From a virus (Duplodnaviria > Heunggongvirae > Uroviricota > Caudoviricetes), in the IMG/VR virus record IMGVR_UViG_2654587674_000004: 6,776 nt of DNA; one strand, given 5' to 3'. Below the pieces are notes generated by a model. It was not told where the DNA came from, searched no databases, and saw nothing but the letters and a program-made list of their open reading frames with translations. Made by a program: the position numbers and the translations under genes. Each line of letters begins with the position of its first letter. Positions within the stretch are counted from its first letter, which is position 1. Positions 1-5,696 of the stretch are shown here, in pieces.

Positions 1-13
1 TTGTGGAGTGGAT

Positions 14-1288
14 ATGGCAGCAGTAAAAATCTCAGGTGTGCTGAAAGATTGTGCGGGAAAACCAATACAGAACTGCACTATTCAACTGAAGGCAAAGCGT
101 AACAGCACCACGGTACTGGTGAACACGGTGGCCTCTGAAAATCCGGATGAAGCCGGGCGTTACAGCATGGATGTTGAGCATGGCCAGTACAGCGTCATCC
201 TGCTGGTTGAAGGTTTTCCGCCTTCACATGCCGGGACCATTACCGTCTATGAAGGCTCCAGACCAGGTACGCTGAATGATTTTCTCGGTGCCATGACGGA
301 AGAGGATGTCATGCCGGAGGCATTGCGTCGTTTTGAGGCAATGGTGGAAGAAGTGGCACGCAACGCCGAAGCCGCCTCTCAGAGCGCAGCGGCGGCAAAG
401 AAATCCGAAACTGCAGCGGCATCATCGAAGAACGCGGCGAAAACCTCAGAAACGAATGCAGCTAATAGTGCACAGGCGGCAGCGACCTCAAAGACTGCAT
501 CGGCAAACTCAGCGACAGCAGCCAAAAAATCAGAAACCAACGCGAAAAACAGTGAGACAGCCGCAAAGACGAGCGAAACCAACGCAAAGTCCAGCCAGAC
601 GGCAGCGAAAACCAGCGAAACGAATGCCAAAGCCAGTGAAACTGCGGCAAAAAACAGCCAGGCTGCAGCAGCTGAAAGCGAGAGCGCGGCAGCCGGTTCT
701 GCGACTTCAGCAGCTGGATCAGCAACTGCTGCGGCTAACAGCCAGAAAGCTGCGAAGACGAGTGAAACTAACGCAAAGTCCAGCCAGACGGCAGCGAAGA
801 CCAGCGAAACGAATGCCAAAGCCAGTGAAACTGCGGCGAAAAGCAGTCAGGATGCAGCGGCCCAAAGCGAGAGTGCCGCAGCCAGTTCTGCAAGCGCGGC
901 GGCTGCTTCTGCCACTGCATCAGCTAACAGTCAAAAAGCAGCAAAAACCAGTGAAACCAACGCAAAGGTGAGCGAAACAGCGGCTGCGAACTCAGCGAAA
1001 GCATCGGCAGCAAGCCAGACGGCAGCTAAAGCAAGCGAAGATGCAGCCAGAGAGTACGCAAGCCAGGCTGCGGAGCCGTATAAATATGTCTTACAGCCGC
1101 TGCCTGATGTGTGGATACCATTTAACGATTCGCTGGATATGATTACGGGCTTTTCGCCATCATATAAAAAAATTGTTATTGGTGATGATGAAATAACGAT
1201 GCCTGGCGACAAGGTTGTTAAGTTTAAACGACAGGGACGGATAATTTTGGTTTTACCTATGGAAAGTTTGTCTGCAACGATTCTCTGA
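14..1288 (+). CDS. stf: Side tail fibre protein, Stf family: N-terminal tail-attachment domain plus Ala/Ser/Thr-rich repetitive shaft. At about 425 aa it is short for this family and may be truncated or split from the next ORF.
   Basis: The N-terminus (MAAVKISGVLKDCAGKPIQNCTIQLKAKRNSTTVLVNTVASENPDEAGRYSMDVEHGQYSVILLVEGFPPSHAGTITVYEG...) matches my recollection of the conserved N-terminus of lambda Stf and the K-12 prophage Stf homologues. GGAG at 5-8 sits 5 nt upstream of ATG 14; the ORF track's GTG at 8 is the less likely start. The body is KTSETNAK-type repeats. Confidence 0.8.
   Translation: MAAVKISGVLKDCAGKPIQNCTIQLKAKRNSTTVLVNTVASENPDEAGRYSMDVEHGQYSVILLVEGFPPSHAGTITVYEGSRPGTLNDFLGAMTEEDVMPEALRRFEAMVEEVARNAEAASQSAAAAKKSETAAASSKNAAKTSETNAANSAQAAATSKTASANSATAAKKSETNAKNSETAAKTSETNAKSSQTAAKTSETNAKASETAAKNSQAAAAESESAAAGSATSAAGSATAAANSQKAAKTSETNAKSSQTAAKTSETNAKASETAAKSSQDAAAQSESAAASSASAAAASATASANSQKAAKTSETNAKVSETAAANSAKASAASQTAAKASEDAAREYASQAAEPYKYVLQPLPDVWIPFNDSLDMITGFSPSYKKIVIGDDEITMPGDKVVKFKRQGRIILVLPMESLSATIL
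571..968. repeat. Intragenic tandem duplication in the stf shaft: 189-bp (63-codon) unit, two full copies plus the start of a third, embedded in a wider low-complexity region (about 370-1060)
   Basis: The motif ag(c/t)gaaac(c/t)aacgcaaagtcc recurs at 571, 760 and 950 (period 189). The encoded 63-aa units are near-identical (KSSQTAAKTSETNAKASETAAK...ANSQKAAKTSETNA). Confidence 0.85.
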
Positions 1289-1311
1289 TTGGGCAAACCT
1301 CAGCCATTAAT

Positions 1312-2217
1312 ATGGCATCAATTGCTGCAACAAAGTCAGTTGATGTCTCAGGCGATAATAAACACGTGACAACCTCATGTCGTTTTAAAACAGAACTGCA
1401 GGTAAGGTTGCGTATCCGGTTTGATAAATATGACGGTAGCGCAACAACTTTTCTTGGTGATGCGTATATTGATACACAAACGCTTGAAATTAATATGACA
1501 GGCGGTGCTGCCTCAAGGATTACAGCGAGAGTCAGAAAGGACGAAGCTACCGGATGGATTTTTGCAGAGGCAACAATTCAGGCAATTGATGGGGAGTTAA
1601 AAATAGGCTCTCAGATACAGTATTCTCCTAAGCAGAGCGGGGCAACCGTATCTGGTGACTATATTTATCTGGCCACCCCACAAGTAGAAGATGGGCCTTG
1701 TGTATCATCTTTTATTATATCAGGAGCGACGGCGGCGACCCGCGCAAGCGATATAGTTACAGTTCCAATTAAGAATAATCTTTATAATCTTCCTTTTACG
1801 GTTCTTTGTGAGGTACATAAGAACTGGTATAAAACGCCAAATGCAGCGCCACGTGTTTTTGATACCGGCGGTCATCAAACCGGAGCGGCTATTATTCTTG
1901 GCTTCGGTCGTTCAACAGATTACGACGGATTTCCTTATTGCGATATTGGAGGAGCTAACAGACGGGTAAACGAAAACGCATCGCTTGAAAAAATGGTTAT
2001 GGGGATGCGTGTAAAGTCAGAGCAGTCTACGTGCTCAGTAAGTAACGGGCATATATCCAGCGAAACAAAAACCACATGGTCCTGTATTCAGAACACCGCA
2101 ATTATCCGTATTGGAGGCCAGACTACAGCCGGGTTACGTCATTTATTTGGTCATGTCAGGAATTTCAGAATATGGCACAAGGCATTGACTGATGCTCAGG
2201 TGGGGGAGTCAATCTAA
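1312..2217 (+). CDS. Tail-fibre distal / receptor-binding protein with a C-terminal concanavalin-A-like (LamG-type) jelly-roll motif; possibly the distal part of a split tail fibre
   Basis: The C-terminal segment ...GLRHLFGHVRNFRIWHKALTDAQV fits the characteristic closing strand of LamG/ConA-like lectin domains (F-x-G-x-h-x-x-h-R-I-[YW]-x-[KR]-A-L-[ST]). Its reading frame is open from 1228, overlapping the 3' end of stf. Composition is beta-rich and Gly/Thr/Ser-rich. Confidence 0.6.
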   Translation: MASIAATKSVDVSGDNKHVTTSCRFKTELQVRLRIRFDKYDGSATTFLGDAYIDTQTLEINMTGGAASRITARVRKDEATGWIFAEATIQAIDGELKIGSQIQYSPKQSGATVSGDYIYLATPQVEDGPCVSSFIISGATAATRASDIVTVPIKNNLYNLPFTVLCEVHKNWYKTPNAAPRVFDTGGHQTGAAIILGFGRSTDYDGFPYCDIGGANRRVNENASLEKMVMGMRVKSEQSTCSVSNGHISSETKTTWSCIQNTAIIRIGGQTTAGLRHLFGHVRNFRIWHKALTDAQVGESI

Positions 2218-2498
2218 TGAAAGATTTAACACTCAAATTTGCCGACAGGGCCGACTTTTCGGCCTTTATGGAGAGTATTGGCTATTATGATGACGAGTCG
2301 ATGCAGGATGATATTCTTATTGACGTGATAGGTAACGTGTACAAAGAAACCGGAGAACTGACTGAAGATGGCGAACCGGTATGTGTTAAGGAAGACGGAT
2401 ATTTTGTAAACGTGCGCATCATTAATGATTCGCAAATATCGTCATTATTCGATGAATACGTGGTTGCTGTTGAGCATCAACTTCGTGGCTGGATGTGA
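2217..2498 (+). CDS. Small acidic hypothetical protein (93 aa), translationally coupled to the upstream gene; function unknown (possibly a fibre-associated chaperone or adaptor)
   Basis: The stop/start overlap TAATG at 2215-2219 couples it to the upstream ORF. The protein is strongly acidic (many D/E) with no predicted transmembrane segment. I do not recognise the family. Confidence 0.5.
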   Translation: MKDLTLKFADRADFSAFMESIGYYDDESMQDDILIDVIGNVYKETGELTEDGEPVCVKEDGYFVNVRIINDSQISSLFDEYVVAVEHQLRGWM

Positions 2499-2507
2499 GG
2501 AAGAAAA

Positions 2508-3548
2508 ATGGCTACATCGACAGTAATTCCTGATGACATCAAAACGCTAAAATCCGACGTTAGCAAATTAAAAAACGATCAAGGAAGCTACGCAACAAAA
2601 TTATATGTAGACAGCAAAGATGAAATCGTTGGTGACTGGTCTGCTTCATGGTATCAGCAGGTATTGCCAACTAGCGGAGCTATATTTGGGAGAAAACTCC
2701 GCTCAACTCACAGGACGGCAGGTGTTGAGGATGCGTATTGCGAACTATACCTCAAAAAATGGATAGACAGTCCAGGTAACGCAATGGCGCGCCTTAACCT
2801 GAACGATAACGGGACAAACATTTGCTGGGACTTTACCAACCTTTATGGCGGTACGATGATTTTTCCCGGTGACAGCGGATACCTCAAAATGGGTAACTGC
2901 CTTATGTCATACAGCAAGCGTGGAAGTAACGCGCTTATTAAATTTGATTACACCGACACATTACAGATCAAATATGCCAATCATGGGTCAACCATGACAT
3001 TAAACACACAGGGAACCGCTTATGCTGGTGTTACTGCTCAATTGTGGGGCAACTCCAGCCGTCCTGTTGTTTATGAAGTCGGTGTTGATGGTGGCGCTTA
3101 TATGTTCTATGCGCAGAAAAATACCGATAACACCTATATGTTAAGCGTTAATGGTGCATGTCATGCCACCGCATTTAACCAGCATTCCGACCGGGATCTG
3201 AAAGACAACATTCAGGTGATCGATAATGCAACCGACCGCATCCGTAAAATGAACGGCTATACATACACGCTTAAAGAAAACGGTATGCCCTATGCTGGTG
3301 TCATTGCACAGGAAGCTCTGGAAGCAATCCCAGAAGTTGTAGGTTCCGCAATGAAATATCAGGACGGTGCAAGCGGATCGGAAGGTGAAGAAGGTGAACG
3401 TTATTACACAGTAGATTATTCTGGTGTTACTGGCTTGCTTGTTCAGGTAGCCAGAGAGTCAGACGACAGAATAACAGCACTGGAAGAAGAAAATGCAGAA
3501 TTAAAACAAAGATTATCTGCAATTGAGGCGACGCTTGCGTCTAAATAA
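2508..3548 (+). CDS. Tail fibre / tailspike-like protein with a C-terminal intramolecular chaperone auto-proteolytic domain (peptidase S74 / endosialidase-chaperone type)
   Basis: The C-terminal 120 aa (...FNQH-SDRDLKDNIQVIDNATDRIRKMNGYTYTLKENGMPYAGVIAQEALEAIPEVVGS...YYTVDYSGVTGLLVQVARESDDRITALEEENAELKQRLSAIEATLASK) match the conserved S-D-x-x-x-K-x-N-I...G(V/I)IAQE...PE(V/A)V...VDY...coiled-coil pattern of the self-cleaving chaperone domain of phage K1F endosialidase and T5 L-shaped fibre. The Shine-Dalgarno GAGGAAG lies 7 nt upstream of ATG 2508. Confidence 0.75.
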   Translation: MATSTVIPDDIKTLKSDVSKLKNDQGSYATKLYVDSKDEIVGDWSASWYQQVLPTSGAIFGRKLRSTHRTAGVEDAYCELYLKKWIDSPGNAMARLNLNDNGTNICWDFTNLYGGTMIFPGDSGYLKMGNCLMSYSKRGSNALIKFDYTDTLQIKYANHGSTMTLNTQGTAYAGVTAQLWGNSSRPVVYEVGVDGGAYMFYAQKNTDNTYMLSVNGACHATAFNQHSDRDLKDNIQVIDNATDRIRKMNGYTYTLKENGMPYAGVIAQEALEAIPEVVGSAMKYQDGASGSEGEEGERYYTVDYSGVTGLLVQVARESDDRITALEEENAELKQRLSAIEATLASK

Positions 3549-3552
3549 TATT

Positions 3553-3577
3553 AAGGGGCCGAGCGCCCCGTTTTATT
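3553..3577 (+). terminator. Rho-independent terminator after the tail-fibre gene block
   Basis: GGGGC (3555-3559) pairs with GCCCC (3565-3569) around a 5-nt loop, followed by the T-tract GTTTTATT (3570-3577), immediately after the TAA stop at 3546-3548. Confidence 0.7.
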
Positions 3578-3590
3578 GGGTAGGATGAAA

Positions 3591-3884
3591 ATGGATATAA
3601 CACCTTTCCTTCATGCACTTTGTGCTGTGGCTGCGCAGGTACTGGTTGGTCTTTTTACCGGAAACTGGGCTTACGGGGCGATAGCCGGTTGTACGTTCTT
3701 CATTGCTCGTGAACATACCCAGGCAGAATATCGCTGGATTGAAATGTTCGGGCATGGCAAGCGTATGAATATGCCGTGGTGGGGTGGTTTTGATCCGCGC
3801 GTGTGGGATGTGGCAAGCCTGATGGATTTTTCTGTGCCGGTGGTGGCTTGTCTGCTGGTCTGGCTGTTGGTTAATCGTGGGTGA
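3591..3884 (+). CDS. Small integral membrane protein (about 97 aa, 2-3 predicted TM helices), phage moron-like; function unknown
   Basis: Hydrophobic stretches ITPFLHALCAVAAQVLVGLFTGNWAYGAIAGCTFFIA and LMDFSVPVVACLLVWLLV. AGGA at 3582-3585 sits 5 nt upstream of ATG 3591, which I prefer over the track's TTG at 3576 because that lies inside the terminator T-tract. Confidence 0.5.
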   Translation: MDITPFLHALCAVAAQVLVGLFTGNWAYGAIAGCTFFIAREHTQAEYRWIEMFGHGKRMNMPWWGGFDPRVWDVASLMDFSVPVVACLLVWLLVNRG

Positions 3885-4037
3885 AAAAGGGAGTTGTAAA
3901 CGCAACACAGGAAGAGGTGCCGCTTCAGGTTGCTGGGAATAAGCGCCGGGGTCTGTTAAATCATGCCAATACGCTAATCGAGCCAGATATTGAGTAGCCT
4001 GCAGTCCGTCATGGCGTAATCGTTTTGTGATATGCTG

Positions 4038-4106
4038 CACGCCGTATGCAAGGAGCATGATTGCGCTCGACTGGCGAGCGCTCGATAGTGCTACTATTGA
4101 ATGATT
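4038..4106. repeat. Copy A of an imperfect direct repeat of about 70 nt (partner at 5509-5575)
   Basis: Two conserved blocks shared with copy B in the same orientation: cacgccgtatgcaagga (4038-4054; 15 of 17 identical to 5509-5525) and cgatagtgctactattgaatgatt (4083-4106; 22 of 24 identical to 5552-5575), separated by a divergent 28-nt spacer. Weaker similarity may extend about 30 nt further upstream. Confidence 0.7.
4063..4081. repeat. Perfect 7-bp inverted repeat inside the spacer of repeat copy A (hairpin or palindromic binding site)
   Basis: GCGCTCG (4063-4069), 5-nt loop ACTGG, CGAGCGC (4075-4081). No flanking T-tract on either strand, so it is not a typical terminator. Confidence 0.5.
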
Positions 4107-4241
4107 GCTAGTCTAGGCGGATTGTACTTAAGTAATATGACGGTTCAAGGCGTTTAATCTGAAACCAGCCACATATTAGCCTTTTCAAACATTTCCTGAA
4201 CACTCAGGCTTACCTGCTCTTTCTCGTGCTTGCTGGCATTT

Positions 4242-4275
4242 GTGTTGAGCGCCGGTGAATACTCTTACTCAACAC
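4242..4275. repeat. 8-bp inverted repeat with an 18-nt spacer (possible operator-like dyad)
   Basis: GTGTTGAG (4242-4249) and CTCAACAC (4268-4275) are exact reverse complements. Confidence 0.4.
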
Positions 4276-4347
4276 TCCCAGAATTATATCTGTTGCATCA
4301 GGCAGACCATCAAAATTCTTTTGTCATAAACGAGTTCCACGAATAAT

Positions 4348-4366
4348 GTGCCCTATGGTAGGGCAC
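4348..4366 (-). terminator. Candidate weak terminator hairpin downstream of the minus-strand orphan gene
   Basis: Perfect 8-bp stem GTGCCCTA / TAGGGCAC with a 3-nt loop, 64 nt past the stop at 4430-4432. On the minus strand it is followed by ATTATTCG, a weak U-tract, so it could instead be a protein-binding palindrome. Confidence 0.35.
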
Positions 4367-4379
4367 TATTGATATGAAT

Positions 4380-5330
4380 GAGTAGCTAAAAAGATTTTTC
4401 GTTATGTATTAATGTATCTGTCACTTATTTTATAGTAAAGATGATATGCCAGCAAGAAATGGAGTAAATACTGTAATGTGTGCAGATACATTATTAATAA
4501 AGTCCTTATATGCTTCTTTAAAACAGCCGCTTTGGTGACTGGCTGCCAGTGCCTGTACATTATCTATAAGGTGTGATTCTGTCGCGCCATCAAAGTTTTT
4601 CGATTTTATTGCCTCAATCATTTCATTAAATATTGTGGGCTCATTATAATTTGTCGTAGTAGTTGCCGTAGCACCTGAAGAATGTATATTGATACTAGAA
4701 CCGGAAATTCCACTGACATGAATATTAGCTTCTTGTTTCATAAGAGGTAAACCATTCTCCATCTTGTATAGGTCACTATCTTGTAGCATCTGCAATGTGA
4801 TACGTACTGCTGCTAATAGTTGTTCTTGCTTTTTGAATAAGGAACACATCTGTTCTACAGACCAAAGCTGAACTGCATTTTCTTCGCATGTTTTTTTAGC
4901 TATATTTGGCACTTCCGAATCATAATTACCATAAACCCAAGTGTCCTTGAATCTTTCGATAATAGCTGTCAACGTTGGAAATTTACTGAAATCACTATTA
5001 ATGGATAGTAACTCATCAGACATATAAAGTGCCATATCTCTGCCTTCCGCATATACTGCTTCCACTTTATTCCGTGTTGCAAATGGTATTCTTGAAATAA
5101 AACGAAAATCCTCTTCATTTTTTAAATGGACCCAGTCTTTATCAAAACGGCTAAATTCGTACCCTATCGATAACAGTCTACTTATATATTGGGCTACTGA
5201 TTCCAAATCTTTTCTTATGTCCAAAGTATTACTCCTGCTTGTCAACCGAGTCTGTCGGTTTTCTTACAAATGGCTTGTCTTTAAAGTTCTGATTAAAAAG
5301 ACGCTAACCAATACTTAATAATACATGAAA
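4380..5330. other. AT-rich island of foreign-looking composition containing the orphan gene
   Basis: Hand counts on 60-nt lines inside 4441-5040 give about 30% GC, against about 50% in the tail-fibre and sit genes on either side. Confidence 0.7.
4430..5224 (-). CDS. Orphan hypothetical protein (264-271 aa) in an AT-rich island: helical N-terminal region, Ser/Thr/Gly-rich linker and hydrophobic C-terminal tail. Candidate accessory cargo (defence/exclusion, toxin or effector); function unassigned.
   Basis: Longest ORF is 4430-5245 with a TTG start. I prefer the in-frame TTG at 5222-5224 because AGGAG (minus strand, plus coordinates 5232-5236) lies 7 nt upstream of it; there is no in-frame ATG until about residue 71. 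The C-terminus AHITVFTPFLAGISSLL is hydrophobic and the linker reads HVSGISGSSINIHSSGATATTTT. I recognise no family. Confidence 0.6.
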   Translation of the reverse strand: MDIRKDLESVAQYISRLLSIGYEFSRFDKDWVHLKNEEDFRFISRIPFATRNKVEAVYAEGRDMALYMSDELLSINSDFSKFPTLTAIIERFKDTWVYGNYDSEVPNIAKKTCEENAVQLWSVEQMCSLFKKQEQLLAAVRITLQMLQDSDLYKMENGLPLMKQEANIHVSGISGSSINIHSSGATATTTTNYNEPTIFNEMIEAIKSKNFDGATESHLIDNVQALAASHQSGCFKEAYKDFINNVSAHITVFTPFLAGISSLL

Positions 5331-5355
5331 AAAAAGCGCATAAGCTGGCTTTTTT
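5328..5355 (-). terminator. Candidate bidirectional intrinsic terminator between the sit operon and the orphan gene
   Basis: An A8 tract (5328-5335), an imperfect hairpin (AAGC 5334-5337 pairing with GCTT 5348-5351, plus inner GC 5338-5339 pairing with GC 5344-5345 around loop ATAA, with a 2-nt bulge) and a T6 tract (5350-5355). On the minus strand this reads hairpin then U8, about 340 nt downstream of the sitD stop. Confidence 0.45.
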
Positions 5356-5508
5356 ATCAATCGGGAACTGCGGCCCCTTTGCGTATCCTTTTTTGTTTCT
5401 TCACCGTCTGGTCGGTGTTCTGCTGAGACTGCTAATTTCCTGTTTTTGCTAGTGCTGTCTTGGCACTGTCCATCGTGATTGGTGGACTGGTGAAGTTGAA
5501 ACCGCAGA

Positions 5509-5575
5509 CACGTCGTATGCAAGAACGTGCTGCGGCTGGCTGGTGAACTTCCGATAGTGCGAGTATTGAATGATT
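5509..5575. repeat. Copy B of the imperfect direct repeat of about 70 nt (partner at 4038-4106)
   Basis: Blocks cacgtcgtatgcaagaa (5509-5525) and cgatagtgcgagtattgaatgatt (5552-5575), in the same order and spacing (26-nt spacer versus 28 nt) as copy A. Confidence 0.7.
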
Positions 5576-5696
5576 TACAGCCGTTATTGATTTTACATAT
5601 TTTTTGTATGAAAGGATTAGCGCCTCCTCCCAACGTCCGCCCATGACTTTCTGGACTGCAGTGTACTAGCGGACAATGCTGCCCTCGGATGTTGTG

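Larger units (their letters stand above)
1..3884 (+). mobile_element. Distal end of a lambdoid prophage (side tail fibre / receptor-binding module), partial; the left boundary lies outside the window
   Basis: Co-directional block of tail-fibre-type genes: a Stf-family N-terminus, a LamG-like motif and an intramolecular-chaperone fibre domain, ending at an intrinsic terminator and a small membrane protein gene. No integrase or att site is visible in the window. Confidence 0.6.

Noticed and set aside
306-971. 221-aa Arg/Gln/Pro-rich ORF on the plus strand in an alternate frame
   Set aside because: It lies entirely inside the stf repeat region in another frame. Its low-complexity basic sequence is the expected by-product of GC-rich Ala/Ser codon repeats, with no independent start signal.
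1222-1228. TTTAAAC-like string near the stf / LamG-ORF overlap as a programmed -1 frameshift site
   Set aside because: In the stf frame the codons are TTT AAA, so the heptamer is not in the X-XXY-YYZ register and re-pairing after a -1 slip would be poor. A mutational frameshift or a genuine two-gene arrangement is more parsimonious.
379-1296. Three antisense ORFs (379-819, 462-725, 931-1296) opposite stf
   Set aside because: Repeat-driven open frames on the opposite strand of a well-supported gene; Ala/Phe/Leu-rich mirror-image low complexity.
2226-2435. 69-aa antisense ORF
   Set aside because: Fully embedded opposite the coupled 93-aa gene, with no ribosome-binding site.
3591-3884. Cor-like lipoprotein (superinfection exclusion) assignment for the small membrane protein
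   Set aside because: An IAGC lipobox-like motif exists, but the Cys is about 38 residues in and the N-region lacks positive charge, which is atypical for a lipoprotein signal peptide. It is kept as a generic membrane protein.
3573-4058. 161-aa minus-strand ORF
   Set aside because: It overlaps the membrane-protein gene and the terminator on the opposite strand. The sequence is His/Pro/Gln-rich and junk-like with no start signal, so the region is treated as non-coding.
4430-5245. HEPN-type R-x6-H motif (RFDKDWVH) in the orphan protein
   Set aside because: It is a single short motif near the N-terminus, the wrong position for a HEPN domain, and easily arises by chance. It is not used as evidence.
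5436-5546. Possible small hydrophobic peptide on the plus strand inside repeat copy B (...LALSIVIGGLVKLKPQTRRMQERAAAGW)
   Set aside because: No ATG or Shine-Dalgarno at a plausible start, and the homologous copy A does not preserve the reading frame, so the conservation is at nucleotide level rather than protein level.
5304-5644. Two overlapping minus-strand ORFs (109 and 70 aa) in the sitD-to-orphan-gene spacer
   Set aside because: They run through the terminator-like structure and repeat copy B, with no ribosome-binding sites and low-complexity sequence.
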